This document shows, piece after piece, positions 37,488 through 47,823 of a stretch of DNA of 55,368 nt. A program made the translations under genes and the position numbers. Numbering within the stretch: the first letter of the stretch is position 1; the number at the start of each line of letters is the position of its first letter. Origin of the DNA: Candidatus Micrarchaeota archaeon (GTDB lineage Archaea; Iainarchaeota; Iainarchaeia; JAADDC01); contig JALTXX010000008.1 in assembly GCA_027046625.1 (NCBI GenBank), positions 1-55,368 on the forward strand, written 5' to 3'. The notes under the pieces were generated by a model. That model ran no database searches and was not told where the DNA came from. It worked only from the letters and a program-made list of their open reading frames with translations.

Positions 37488-39758
37488 ATGGAGAGGGGTC
37501 CATCACCTGAGTATGTAAAACACCCGCTTATAAAAGAAAACACACTGGAGGTGCGCCTTTATCAGCAGCTGTTGGCAGTTCGGACACTTGAAAAGGGTAA
37601 CACGCTCATAGTAGCTCCTACTGGCTTAGGAAAGACGGTTATAGCAACCCTTGTTATCGCCGAAAGATTGAGGAGGTACCCCGGAGGCAGGGTACTGTTC
37701 CTTGCACCAACCAAGCCACTCGTGATGCAACACGCAGATACACTATCCAAGTTTCTAAAGGTGGAGAAGATCTCGGCAGTGACAGGATCCCATTCTCCTG
37801 AGAAGAGAGAAGAACTGTATAAGAACTCAAAAATTATCGTAGCAACGCCTCAAACTGTGGAGAATGATATACTAACAGGAAGATTGGATCTTAGAGATGT
37901 GGTACTTGTAATCTTTGATGAGGCACATAGAGCAGTTGGTAATTATTCCTATGTGTATATTGCAAAGAAGTACATGGAGGAGGCAGAACACCCCCTTATT
38001 TTGGCTATAACAGCTTCTCCGGGAGGAGAACCAGAAAAGATACGTGAGGTAATGGAAAACCTGTACATACGAAACGTGGAGATAAAGACACCCTACGATC
38101 CGGATGTGAGACCATACATTCATGGGAGTGCAATAGAATGGAAAGAGATAGAGCTTCATCCTCTTCATATGGAAGCTATAAGGTATCTAAAAAATGCGAT
38201 AAGGGATAGGCTTAGAAAATTAAAGGAAATTGGTATTATAGAGAGCTCCGACCCGGCTAAATACAGTAGAAAGGACTACATAGAGCTTCAAAATTCTATC
38301 ATGAAGGAGGAGTTGAATGACATTACAAGAGAGGCCCTTGTACTATCATCCTCTCTTGTTAAGCTGGATCATGCGCTAGAGTTGTTGGAAGCCCAGGGAA
38401 CCCAGCCTTTCCTAGAATTTATGGAGAGGATAAGGCTGAGATCCCTATCACCAAAAGCCCCTAGGAGCACAAAGGAGATTATAAAAGACGAAAATGTAAG
38501 AAATGCTATTGAGTTGGCAAAGAAGTTAAAAGAAGAGGGCTATATCCATAGAAAACTCGACGTACTAAGAGAGGAGCTGTCCCGTTTCTTTAAGCAACGA
38601 CCCCAATCAAAGGCTATTGTATTTGTACAATATAGAGACTCGGTGGATGTTATACTAGAAGCGCTAAAGGGATTGGATAATATCAAACCCTCTCCATTTA
38701 TAGGACAGGCTTCAAGGGACGGGAGAAAGGGGATGAGTCAGAAGGAGCAAAAAACGGTTATAGAGAAGCTAAGACAGGGAGAGATAAATGTAATTGTAGC
38801 TACTTCTGTAGCCGAAGAGGGTCTTGATATACCAGCTGTAGATCTAGTAATCCTCTATGAGCCGGTACCATCTGAGATAAGGTGGATACAGAGAAGAGGG
38901 AGAACTGGGAGGTTTGGTAAGGGAAGAGTTATAGTGCTGGTAGGAAAGGGAACAAGGGATGAGGCATACATGTGGGCAGCCAAGGTAAGGGAAAGAAAGA
39001 TGATAGATACGCTTAAAAAGCTCAGAAAAACACTAAATATTGAAGCTACCCAGAGAAGTCTTCTAGATTATGTAACTCCAAAGAAGCAAGCCAAACTGTC
39101 CGTTTTTGTAGACCAGAGAGAACGTTCTAGCGAGGTATTTAGATTGCTTATGCTGGACCCAGAGGTGGATGTTGTGGTAAAACAGCTACCCGTGGGTGAC
39201 TACATCCTTAGCGACAGGGTAGTAATAGAAAGAAAGAGCTACAAAGATCTTGTAGATTCTATTATAGATGGCAGGTTATTTTCTCAGGCTAAAGAACTAT
39301 CAGAAACATTTTCTAGGCCTATCATAGTGGTAGAGGGAAGGAACGGAGGTAGAAGTATACATCCTAATGCTATCAGGGGAGCTATAGCATCCCTTTCTGT
39401 GGATTATGGCATTCCGGTAGTGTTTACAGAGGGAGCGGAAGATACCTACAATTTCATTAAGATAGTAGCCAAGAGGGAGCAGATAGAACGAAACAGACTG
39501 CCAAGGATTAGAGGAGAAAAGAAAATTCTTACAAAACCAGAGATGCAGCTATTTATAGTGGAAAGTCTTCCTGGTGTAGGCCCAAAGCTAGCGAGAGAGC
39601 TATTGCGACATTTTAAAACTGTTGAAAGGGTGTTTACAGCATCGGAGAGGGAGTTGGCAACAGTGGAAGGTGTGGGGGAAAAACGGGCAAAGGAGATAAG
39701 GGAGGTTATAACCTCCCCCTTTGAGGAGGGCAAGGTTTATAAAGATGAAGAACAATAA
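37488..39758 (+). CDS. hef: Hef helicase/ERCC4 nuclease
   Basis: APTGLGKT, DEAH, QRRGRTGR, GDY..ERK nuclease, HhH. Confidence 0.96.
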   Translation: MERGPSPEYVKHPLIKENTLEVRLYQQLLAVRTLEKGNTLIVAPTGLGKTVIATLVIAERLRRYPGGRVLFLAPTKPLVMQHADTLSKFLKVEKISAVTGSHSPEKREELYKNSKIIVATPQTVENDILTGRLDLRDVVLVIFDEAHRAVGNYSYVYIAKKYMEEAEHPLILAITASPGGEPEKIREVMENLYIRNVEIKTPYDPDVRPYIHGSAIEWKEIELHPLHMEAIRYLKNAIRDRLRKLKEIGIIESSDPAKYSRKDYIELQNSIMKEELNDITREALVLSSSLVKLDHALELLEAQGTQPFLEFMERIRLRSLSPKAPRSTKEIIKDENVRNAIELAKKLKEEGYIHRKLDVLREELSRFFKQRPQSKAIVFVQYRDSVDVILEALKGLDNIKPSPFIGQASRDGRKGMSQKEQKTVIEKLRQGEINVIVATSVAEEGLDIPAVDLVILYEPVPSEIRWIQRRGRTGRFGKGRVIVLVGKGTRDEAYMWAAKVRERKMIDTLKKLRKTLNIEATQRSLLDYVTPKKQAKLSVFVDQRERSSEVFRLLMLDPEVDVVVKQLPVGDYILSDRVVIERKSYKDLVDSIIDGRLFSQAKELSETFSRPIIVVEGRNGGRSIHPNAIRGAIASLSVDYGIPVVFTEGAEDTYNFIKIVAKREQIERNRLPRIRGEKKILTKPEMQLFIVESLPGVGPKLARELLRHFKTVERVFTASERELATVEGVGEKRAKEIREVITSPFEEGKVYKDEEQ

Positions 39759-39766
39759 TATTGGCC

Positions 39767-39844
39767 ATGAAAACCACCGTAGCCCTTAGGGAGGTAATAC
39801 AGGGCTACGGTATACTATTTCTGTTTATACTGATACTGTGGTAA
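39767..39844 (+). CDS. Putative 25-aa small protein or leader peptide MKTTVALREVIQGYGILFLFILILW
   Basis: TTTATAAA about 30 nt upstream; 11-bp hairpin 39776-39811 inside the ORF. Confidence 0.45.
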   Translation: MKTTVALREVIQGYGILFLFILILW

Positions 39845-39872
39845 CACCTCCTTTTCCCAGGGGGTTTTTAAC

Positions 39873-40721
39873 ATGGAGTTGGTGCGCGAAATCGCCGAGT
39901 ATATACGTATGACCCCCGTGGAAAGGATGAGGATCGGGGGGCATGATGTAGTTATAAAAAGGGAGGATAAGCAGGTAGCCGGCAGCTTCAAAGTAAGAGG
40001 TATTCTGAATTACGTGCTCTCTAAGGGCCCTGAGAGTATAACTGTAGCATCCTCTGGAAACTTTGGTATTGCAGCTGCTTGGGTTGGAAAAGAGCTTGAT
40101 ATTATTGTAAATGTGGTTGTTCCAGAAGGGACACCAAAGGAAAAGATAGAAAAGATAGAATCTTTGGGAGCAAACCTTCTTGTAAGGGGAAATACCTACG
40201 AAGAAGCCTTTATGTATGCATCAAAGCGGGATGATTTCGTAGAACCTACACATCCCCTCATACTCAAAGGGATCTCATCTATTGCGGTGGAGGTGGCTGA
40301 GCAGGTAGGCTTCCTTGATAATGTGGTGCTTCCTATTGGTACAGGCAGCATCTTGGTAGGTATGGGTAAAAGATACAAGGATATGGCTATGGAGATGGGC
40401 AAGCATGTAAAGGTGTTTGGTGTTCAGCCTGTAAAGGCTCCCCAACTCGTGAAGACCATCATATATGGTATAGTGTTTATGGAAGACTACCCTAAAACGG
40501 AGCTGGAGGGTATAGCAGGCGGCATACCCTATATGAGGGTAGAGATGCTAAAGGAGTTGAGAAGTACCCTAGATGTCCCGCTATTCATAGAGGATAGAGA
40601 TGTAGAACCCTTCCTATCAATGGGGGAGCCTAGTGGAGTAAGTGGTTTGGCAGCAATACAAAAGTACAACACTCTCTTTCATGGGGATATACTCACGGTG
40701 GTGACAGGTGGTAACAGATGA
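39873..40721 (+). CDS. PLP-dependent fold II enzyme, threonine/serine dehydratase-like
   Basis: KRED..AGSFKVRG, SSGNFG, PIGTGS, EPS; no ACT domain. Confidence 0.85.
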   Translation: MELVREIAEYIRMTPVERMRIGGHDVVIKREDKQVAGSFKVRGILNYVLSKGPESITVASSGNFGIAAAWVGKELDIIVNVVVPEGTPKEKIEKIESLGANLLVRGNTYEEAFMYASKRDDFVEPTHPLILKGISSIAVEVAEQVGFLDNVVLPIGTGSILVGMGKRYKDMAMEMGKHVKVFGVQPVKAPQLVKTIIYGIVFMEDYPKTELEGIAGGIPYMRVEMLKELRSTLDVPLFIEDRDVEPFLSMGEPSGVSGLAAIQKYNTLFHGDILTVVTGGNR

Positions 40722-41581
40722 TGGCGGATATGCATGTAGACATATATGACTACATTCAGTATCCGGAATATTTGGAGATGGAGAAGGGGCCCTTTGATAG
40801 GGAAATGAGGAGAAGTGTAGATATACCTTCCATGGAAAAGGCAGGCGTCAGGATATTCTTCGCCTCTGTATGTCCTATAGACCCAAATAATTATTCTTAT
40901 GAAAAAGATCCGATTTCTTCTGTGGAAAAGACAAAGGAATTCCTTAGAAAGTGGGGATTTCACCCCTATGAGAGGAGAGAAGGATATATACTTCATATGG
41001 AGGGAATGGGATGGTCTAAAGGATATGAGGACGTAAAAAGAGTTATCTCTCTTGGAGTTAAAAGTATCGGACCTTTCTGGGAAAAGGAAAACGTTTTTGG
41101 TGATAACAAAGGACTAAAAGAGACAGGATACAGACTGTTGAAAGAGAATATTATTTTGGATATGGCACATGCACCCGAGGGTGTCATAAGGGATGTTTAT
41201 GAAACAGATAGAACGTTTATAGTGAGCCATACAGGACTGAAGAGGTTTGTGGATGTGGAGCGGAATATTTCAGATAGGGTCATTAGATGGGTAGGAGAGG
41301 TCGGAGGAGTAATAGGTATATTTGTTGATAAAGACTGGGGAGCACACACCCCCTATCTCTTGGCAAAACATTACAACCACATAAAGAGAATCGCCGGGGA
41401 GGAATCTGTGGGAATAGGTACGGACTTTTTGGGGCTGAAGTGGAGTGAGCTAGGAACACTAAAGCGTTACGAGGATTTTGAAAAGGTATTTAAATGGCTA
41501 AGGTATATGGGGTGGAGTAGTGAAGAGGTTGAAAACCTTAAATGGAGAAATGTGGTGAGAATTATTGATGGAGTATATTAG
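40718..41581 (+). CDS. Membrane dipeptidase family (M19) peptidase
   Basis: DMHVD, HMEG, DMAH, SHTG, RNISD, GIGTDF. Confidence 0.88.
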   Translation: MMADMHVDIYDYIQYPEYLEMEKGPFDREMRRSVDIPSMEKAGVRIFFASVCPIDPNNYSYEKDPISSVEKTKEFLRKWGFHPYERREGYILHMEGMGWSKGYEDVKRVISLGVKSIGPFWEKENVFGDNKGLKETGYRLLKENIILDMAHAPEGVIRDVYETDRTFIVSHTGLKRFVDVERNISDRVIRWVGEVGGVIGIFVDKDWGAHTPYLLAKHYNHIKRIAGEESVGIGTDFLGLKWSELGTLKRYEDFEKVFKWLRYMGWSSEEVENLKWRNVVRIIDGVY

Positions 41582-42689
41582 AAACCTACTAAAGGAGAAA
41601 CACAAGACATGGCTAAAGGACCACCCTCTTCCAAAACACTGGTATGTATACCCACACCATCCCAATCACCCCATGTCCAATGCGGTATTCAATAGTGGCA
41701 TGCACGCCAACCCTACCATCCCGTCAGGCGATCTAGATTCTAAGGCGAGGTCAGATGCACTACTGGAACATCTGTATGGAGAAGGGAAGATTTTCCATGT
41801 GGTGGGAGATACTATCACCAAGGGACTAGAAATGAGAATAAATCCTCCATTTTTAGAGACAAAAAACTATCAACTTAGTTTGTTGGGCAAACGTGGAGAG
41901 AACAAGAACAAAATGCTGAAAGATCTAACATTAGAACCTGTTATAAGGGTGAGGGAAGGGAAGAAAAGGGAGGTATACGTACCCTACAGGGATGATAGGT
42001 TCCCCGAAAAGTTTATGGAAATGTTTAGGGAGATGGGCTTCAAAGAACCTCAGGCAGAGGAATCTTTTGAGATGTTCAGAAAGCTGGTAGATGTGGGGGA
42101 GGGGGAAGATCTTTATACAGCAAAAATAAATATTATGAAGGAACTAGGCATAACATCAAAACGGGATGTATATGTTCCCCTTTCCCAATTTCTGAAGGAC
42201 TACATTATACACTTCATAGAGGATCATCCAGCCTCAGAAGATATAAAGAATCATCTTCTCCAAGAGTTTAATGAATATTTTTGGGGCAACAAGCCTTCCA
42301 CCTTTGATGAGCTGTTAGAGGGTCTAAAGAAGGGTGATATTAGGGTAAAGGGAAAGGTGGCCATCCCGCTGTTGTTCTTCTACCCTCACGTAGGTTCAAC
42401 CCACGGTTTGGAAGAGAAACTACCCCAAAACGTTAAGGAGTGGACAGGTGATGTATTAAAACACTTTGGAGAGCATGCCTTTGTGTATACAGGAAAAAGA
42501 GCAGGATTAAATGATTTCATTACAATAGAAAGTGGAAAAGGAATTCAGCCATCCCAATCTATTTTCTATCTAAAGGTGCTCTGCCCTCAGTGTGCAGAAG
42601 ATATTTTAAAAGAGGCTATAGAAAGGAGAAGAACGGTGGAAGATGTTTACAAGGTGCGGGTTGAGGATATTGTGAAGAGGCGAATATAG
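41565..42689 (+). CDS. Hypothetical protein
   Basis: 374-aa ORF overlapping the upstream gene. Confidence 0.75.
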   Translation: MMEYIRNLLKEKHKTWLKDHPLPKHWYVYPHHPNHPMSNAVFNSGMHANPTIPSGDLDSKARSDALLEHLYGEGKIFHVVGDTITKGLEMRINPPFLETKNYQLSLLGKRGENKNKMLKDLTLEPVIRVREGKKREVYVPYRDDRFPEKFMEMFREMGFKEPQAEESFEMFRKLVDVGEGEDLYTAKINIMKELGITSKRDVYVPLSQFLKDYIIHFIEDHPASEDIKNHLLQEFNEYFWGNKPSTFDELLEGLKKGDIRVKGKVAIPLLFFYPHVGSTHGLEEKLPQNVKEWTGDVLKHFGEHAFVYTGKRAGLNDFITIESGKGIQPSQSIFYLKVLCPQCAEDILKEAIERRRTVEDVYKVRVEDIVKRRI

Positions 42690-42751
42690 TAAGATTTAAA
42701 AATCTAACTCCACGGAGATACTAAGGGTTAAAAGTTTTGGGGGTTGAGAGG

Positions 42752-43147
42752 TTGGGTGTATGGCATGGTATTAGTAAAAGGAAGCCATCCGGTGGAATAA
42801 ACCATGCTATTAGGGCAAGGATGAAAAAGAAAAGAGAAATGGGTAGTGAATTTGTACCGACACTCCTAGAAACAGAGGGAGAAAAAAAGAGAAAGGTGGA
42901 GCGAAGAAGAGGAGGTAACCTAAAGGTAAGAATTAGAAAGGCTGTATATGCAAATGTGTCCATCCCATCTAAAGGTGAGGTAAAAAGGGTGAAAATACTT
43001 TCTGTAGAAGAGAATCCAGCCAACAGACACTTTAGCAGAATTGGGGTTGTAACAAGAAATGCCATTATAAACACAGAGCTAGGCAAAGCAAGGGTAACAT
43101 CGAGACCTAACCAAGATGGAGTGGTAAACGCTGTTCTCTTGGAGTGA
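42752..43147 (+). CDS. rps8e: 30S ribosomal protein S8e
   Basis: SKRKPSGG, RGGNLKVR, NPAN, RVTSRPNQDGVVNAVL. Confidence 0.96.
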   Translation: MGVWHGISKRKPSGGINHAIRARMKKKREMGSEFVPTLLETEGEKKRKVERRRGGNLKVRIRKAVYANVSIPSKGEVKRVKILSVEENPANRHFSRIGVVTRNAIINTELGKARVTSRPNQDGVVNAVLLE

Positions 43148-43153
43148 TGGGGT

Positions 43154-43357
43154 ATGAAAAAGGTGGGAGCATTCCTTCACAAGGTAGAGGGGTATGTGAT
43201 AGCCAAGGCCGAAGGTAAACCACCTTCCATAGGAACACCCCTATACTATAGGGGGAGGAAGGTAGGTGTTGTGGTGGATATTATAGGACCTGTAGGATCT
43301 CCCTATCTCGTAATAAAAGGGGATCAAACCCCCGAATACTACTCCTCAAAGGGGTGA
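43154..43357 (+). CDS. gar1: H/ACA RNP component Gar1
   Basis: VGVVVDIIGPVGSPY; typical position before tfb. Confidence 0.85.
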   Translation: MKKVGAFLHKVEGYVIAKAEGKPPSIGTPLYYRGRKVGVVVDIIGPVGSPYLVIKGDQTPEYYSSKG

Positions 43358-43361
43358 TAAT

Positions 43362-44273
43362 ATGTCGGAAACTCGTGTATGTCCTGAATGTGGATCTTCC
43401 AGGATTAAGTTTGATAGAAAGAGTGGAGAATGGGTGTGTCTAGACTGTGGGTATGTGTTCGATGAGCCAGCGGTGGATATGGGTCCAGAGTGGAGAGCCT
43501 TCGATAGTGACCAAATGGAGGAGAGGGCAAGAACTGGAGCGCCTCTAAAGGAAACAAAGATAAGAAAGGGTCTTACTACAGTAATAGATACTCATAATAG
43601 GGATATGAGAGGATCAGCATTCTCTCCAACCACTAAAGCTCAAATGTACAGGATAAGAAAATGGCACAAGAGAACAACAGTGTCCACTTCTATGGAAAGA
43701 AATCTAGCAGTAGCTCTGAATGAGATAAGGAAGATAGGATCATATCTGAACCTGCCCGAGGGTATTTTAGAGGAAGCAGCAGCTCTATATAGGAAGGCCG
43801 TTGAAAAAGGTCTTATAAGAGGAAGACTGATAGAAGCTGTTGTGGCGGCTGTGATATACGCTATATGCAGAATATACGGCATTCCAAGAACGCTAGATGA
43901 GATTGCAGAGGCTTCTGGGCTACCTAAGAAGGATATAGGAAGAACATACAGATTTTTAGTAAACGAGCTGGATCTGAAGGTGCCTCTAACAAACCCTATC
44001 TACTATGTACCTAAGTTTGCTAGCGCACTGGGACTATCTGGGGAGGTTCAGGAAGAGGCGATTAGAATACTTCAGAAGGCTATAGAGAAGGGCTTGTTAT
44101 CTGGAAGAGGACCTACAGGTGTGGCAGCAGCAGCAGTATACATAGCAGCCCTTATGAAAGGGGAAAGAAGAACTCAGAAGGAAGTTGCAGAGGTGGCCGG
44201 CGTAACCGAGGTAACTATAAGAAACAGGTACAGAGAGCTAAAGAAGGAGCTAAACCTTCCTGTCAACGCCTAA
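43362..44273 (+). CDS. tfb: Transcription initiation factor B
   Basis: CPECG..C..CG Zn ribbon, GPEWRAF, cyclin repeats, GVTEVTIRNRY. Confidence 0.98.
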   Translation: MSETRVCPECGSSRIKFDRKSGEWVCLDCGYVFDEPAVDMGPEWRAFDSDQMEERARTGAPLKETKIRKGLTTVIDTHNRDMRGSAFSPTTKAQMYRIRKWHKRTTVSTSMERNLAVALNEIRKIGSYLNLPEGILEEAAALYRKAVEKGLIRGRLIEAVVAAVIYAICRIYGIPRTLDEIAEASGLPKKDIGRTYRFLVNELDLKVPLTNPIYYVPKFASALGLSGEVQEEAIRILQKAIEKGLLSGRGPTGVAAAAVYIAALMKGERRTQKEVAEVAGVTEVTIRNRYRELKKELNLPVNA

Positions 44274-44667
44274 ACCTTTTCAGACCCCTTATTTTTATTC
44301 CAAGTTCCCATAATCTTTTGAGGAAATTAAAGAACCTTGTTCTCTGCTCTCTAGGAAACAATAATCCAAAACTTTCAGGTTTAAACCTTATAAGTATGTC
44401 TCCTATTACAACTATATGATCATCTCCATAGTAGAGCCTTCTCTTCATGGTCTCAAGCTCGAAACGTCTTATATTGTGATGAAGCTCATTATTGCCTACC
44501 TTTACGTGAATGTGAGCCCCCCTTATCCCTTTTACTCCCTTATGAAGCCTTAACTCCATAGTTGCTTGTCCATCAGAGAAAATAAGACGCCTGTATTTAC
44601 CTTCTGATAACTCTTCCCTCTTTGTAAGTATGTATTTCTTTCCCCCAACCTCAAGTTCTACTGTCAC
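44263..44667 (-). CDS. Hypothetical protein
   Basis: 134-aa ORF at end of minus-strand operon. Confidence 0.65.
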   Translation of the reverse strand: MTVELEVGGKKYILTKREELSEGKYRRLIFSDGQATMELRLHKGVKGIRGAHIHVKVGNNELHHNIRRFELETMKRRLYYGDDHIVVIGDILIRFKPESFGLLFPREQRTRFFNFLKRLWELGIKIRGLKRFRR

Positions 44668-44687
44668 AAAGATATTTAGCGCCGTAC

Positions 44688-45101
44688 TTATAAATACCTT
44701 TCATACCAAATGAAAGGCCCCTCTCTTTTGTAGGGGGTAAAACCAAAGGATGTATATAGGGTATTTGCAGCTTCATTGGTTTCTAGAGTCATGAGGTATA
44801 TCCTCCTTGCGCCGAACTGCCTAGCTATACTAAGCAGAAATTCCATAAGGATCTTTCCATACCCTTTTCCTCTTTTATCTCTCCTTACAGCTATACCTTC
44901 AAGCTTAATCTCGTTCCTATCTACTGTAAAGTCTAAAAAACCTATAACACCGTCCTCTATAAGGACAAAAACATTACCCTCCCTCAGTCGCCGAGCAAAA
45001 AACATATAAGGGTCCTTTATATAGGGAAAACTCTCCTCTCCAATCTCTATTATATCCATTAAATCTCTACCTTCTGCTCTTCTCACGTACGTACTCTTCA
45101 A
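44688..45101 (-). CDS. GNAT (RimI-like) acetyltransferase
   Basis: IAVRRDKRGKGYG, N..A..LY..FGF; probable TTG start 45101. Confidence 0.88.
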   Translation of the reverse strand: MKSTYVRRAEGRDLMDIIEIGEESFPYIKDPYMFFARRLREGNVFVLIEDGVIGFLDFTVDRNEIKLEGIAVRRDKRGKGYGKILMEFLLSIARQFGARRIYLMTLETNEAANTLYTSFGFTPYKREGPFIWYERYL

Positions 45102-45720
45102 TTTCCTCCTCCCCCACTGCAGAACCCCCATACTTTAAGGCAAAAAGGGCTGCCTTAAGTGCAATATCCTTTCTTGGAAAAGCATCGAAATAACCCTTTT
45201 CATATGCATAAGAAACAATGTCTACACTTCTAACAACGAACAAGTCCCCTATAATACCCTTTACCTCATCTAGGGCTTTTCTGTTTATCTTTACCCATGC
45301 ATGTATCTTCCTAGATAATCTATTTCTTAGCTGTTCAGGATCCTCTATCACTAGCCTGAGAGTTCTCTCATCCATAAGAAGTAGCTTATCATATCTCAAG
45401 GAAAGGACTGCAGAATCCACCTCTGCAGGTTGTACAATGGTGAGAGGACCCCTATGAGAATAGAAGATGTTGTTTATAAGATGTAACAATTCTTCGGAGA
45501 GGGATCTTTCCGAGGCAGACAGACTATCCACTCGAGGATTTAATCTCTCTATGCGTAGTGCGCTCCACATGTATCTTCTCTTCCGTATAGGATACGAGTA
45601 TACCTCCTCATACACAGAAGGAGTTACCACCACCTCCTTTTTGAGAAACGAGAATACGTCTAGTAAACAAACAGTGGAAAGACTTATAAGTGGTCCTGAG
45701 TCAGATACTATCCTCTCCAT
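45067..45720 (-). CDS. PIN-domain protein
   Basis: IVSDSGPLISL, SVYEE, AE, LLMDER. Confidence 0.75.
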   Translation of the reverse strand: MERIVSDSGPLISLSTVCLLDVFSFLKKEVVVTPSVYEEVYSYPIRKRRYMWSALRIERLNPRVDSLSASERSLSEELLHLINNIFYSHRGPLTIVQPAEVDSAVLSLRYDKLLLMDERTLRLVIEDPEQLRNRLSRKIHAWVKINRKALDEVKGIIGDLFVVRSVDIVSYAYEKGYFDAFPRKDIALKAALFALKYGGSAVGEEEIEEYVREKSRR

Positions 45721-46199
45721 AGACGCTTCAACCCCTCCACACGTTTTCTTATATCTATAGAGTACTCTTCCTCGTCGTGGATCTTTGTTTCACCTATATA
45801 ATCTGCCAAATCATGGATATCAGCCCCCGTAAGGTTTGCGGAAGCTCTCAAAGACAATCCCATACCGTACGCTTCAGCTGCCATTTTTAGCCTTGCCTTG
45901 TCAAGAGTAGATCTTACAAAATTTCCCATCTCTTCATCAAGAGAGGATATAATAGCTGTTATCTTCTCAGGAGAATAGTCTCTTTCTATAGCATCTATTA
46001 ATGCCCGTTTGTACTCATGCCATCTTCTATCATTTACTATGTGTACCTTTGAGAGAATCTTTGAGAGGGCATATGATATAACAGCTTCTGAAGCTTTCTC
46101 TCTGTTATACTCCTCTGCAGCTTCAATAATAAGCTCCTTTGCTATTTCTCTAAGCATTCTTGGGTCTTCTTTTTTGAGGGCGGCTGCGGCCCGCTTCAC
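45708..46199 (-). CDS. Helical hypothetical protein with probable C-terminal HTH
   Basis: YGMGLSLRASANLTG; coupled to the PIN gene. Confidence 0.75.
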   Translation of the reverse strand: MKRAAAALKKEDPRMLREIAKELIIEAAEEYNREKASEAVISYALSKILSKVHIVNDRRWHEYKRALIDAIERDYSPEKITAIISSLDEEMGNFVRSTLDKARLKMAAEAYGMGLSLRASANLTGADIHDLADYIGETKIHDEEEYSIDIRKRVEGLKRLWRG

Positions 46200-46866
46200 G
46201 CAGTAGATTAGATAAAACTCCTATAAATATGTTTATCTCCTTTTGCGTAAGAATTCCTCTTCTAACAGATGTTTTTAACGCTCTTACAACCTCTTCTCTA
46301 TCTTTCCATCTTCCTAGTAGAGAAACCTCATCGATAAGTTTATCCAACACTTTCCATTGATCTGTTCTAGGTACAAACCTCCTTCTTATATAGTGGTGAT
46401 GTCTAAAGATGGTGTAGAATAGGATGGCTGCAGCGTGAGAAATATTCAAAGACGAGTACTCCTCGCTGGTTGGAATAGTCACCACAACATTGCATTTCTC
46501 TAACTCATGATTGTGCAGTCCGCTCGGCTCCCTACCAAACAAAATGGCTACTCTTCTATGAGATGGGAGTATCTCTGATAGCTTTTCAGGAGATATAGGG
46601 GTTCTGGAAACTCTTTTCTCATGATAGTTGCCGGTAGTTCCAACTACAAGTTCCATATCCGCTATGGCTTCGTCAAGGGAGTTCACCAGTTTTGCACCCT
46701 CTAGAATATCTCTTCCGTGCATTGCACGGGATATGGCTTCCTCTGAGAGATGATACTCTAAGGGATTTACAAGATAAAGCTCCTTAAGTCCAAAATTTTT
46801 CATGAGTCGGGCTATACTACCTATGTTGCCAGCGTAGTGGGGTTCTACAAGCACAACACGAAGCAT
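46150..46866 (-). CDS. trmJ: TrmJ/SPOUT tRNA methyltransferase
   Basis: VLVEP..GNIGSIARLMKNFG, FGREPSGL, SLNISHA. Confidence 0.93.
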   Translation of the reverse strand: MLRVVLVEPHYAGNIGSIARLMKNFGLKELYLVNPLEYHLSEEAISRAMHGRDILEGAKLVNSLDEAIADMELVVGTTGNYHEKRVSRTPISPEKLSEILPSHRRVAILFGREPSGLHNHELEKCNVVVTIPTSEEYSSLNISHAAAILFYTIFRHHHYIRRRFVPRTDQWKVLDKLIDEVSLLGRWKDREEVVRALKTSVRRGILTQKEINIFIGVLSNLLREAGRSRPQKRRPKNA

Positions 46867-46896
46867 ATTTATTGTGTAGAGAGAAAAATTAATTAG

Positions 46897-47823
46897 ATGG
46901 ACCCGATGGTAGTTGCGTACATACTTGGTGGAAATGGCTACTCTCTTACACTTTATTGTCCAGATCCGGTAACTGTCTACTATTCTCCCGACTTAAATAT
47001 AATACTGGGTGAAAATCTGAACGAACAGGTAATATACACTCTTCTGGTGTATATGAAACTAAAGGAAGTAGGTAAATCTCTATCTTTCCCCTCAAGAACA
47101 ACTATAGCATCTCTAATATCCCTGCGCGCGACGCTGTCAGATGTAAAAGGCTCGGAACAGTTGAGAATCTGGCTGAACAGATTAATAGAAAAACTTGAGA
47201 GTGTTTCATCGTTTTTGGAGAAATTTGCAAGACATCCAGAGTGTAATTTTGTAGATATTGACTATTCTGAAGAGTTAAACAATGTTTATAGGGAGATGAT
47301 AAATCTGCTACCAAATGCACCCTATGACAGAGGAGACGCGGAGATACTTTACTATACGGGCATTTCTGACCTAAAGAAGCTAAAGGAGGTATTTGACATT
47401 GATCCCACTCCCTATTATGGTAACTATCTACGCTCTATGGAAAGATATGAAGAGCTTTTAAACATGAAAAGAGAGATGGAAGGCAAGATTCAGATAAACG
47501 GTAAGCAGTTTGAAAATATTCATGAGGCGGTCAGTTTTCTTTTATCGTCTGGCTACCTAAGCAGGGACTTAGAACAGTTATACAATACCTTTGTATCTTA
47601 TCTTGAAGCAGGAAGATTGGAGGATGCGTACAACATATTTAATCAGCTGAAGAGCAAGCTAAGGCTCCCAAAAGAGGAAAAAGAAGAAGACTTTACAAAG
47701 AGTGCCTCTCTAATACTTTTAATTATCTTGGCAGTATTATTTATTTGGCTCAAGTATAGGAAGCGTGGGAAGGATGAGGAGGGCTATATTTTTACTGTGG
47801 GTGGTGATGATCTCTTTAGCTAA
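46897..47823 (+). CDS. Hypothetical protein with C-terminal TM anchor
   Basis: Hydrophobic helix followed by KYRKR. Confidence 0.75.
   Translation: MDPMVVAYILGGNGYSLTLYCPDPVTVYYSPDLNIILGENLNEQVIYTLLVYMKLKEVGKSLSFPSRTTIASLISLRATLSDVKGSEQLRIWLNRLIEKLESVSSFLEKFARHPECNFVDIDYSEELNNVYREMINLLPNAPYDRGDAEILYYTGISDLKKLKEVFDIDPTPYYGNYLRSMERYEELLNMKREMEGKIQINGKQFENIHEAVSFLLSSGYLSRDLEQLYNTFVSYLEAGRLEDAYNIFNQLKSKLRLPKEEKEEDFTKSASLILLIILAVLFIWLKYRKRGKDEEGYIFTVGGDDLFS

Noticed and set aside
45067-46199. PIN plus HTH pair as a mobile VapBC module
   Set aside because: Both are longer than typical VapB/VapC and sit in a housekeeping operon with trmJ
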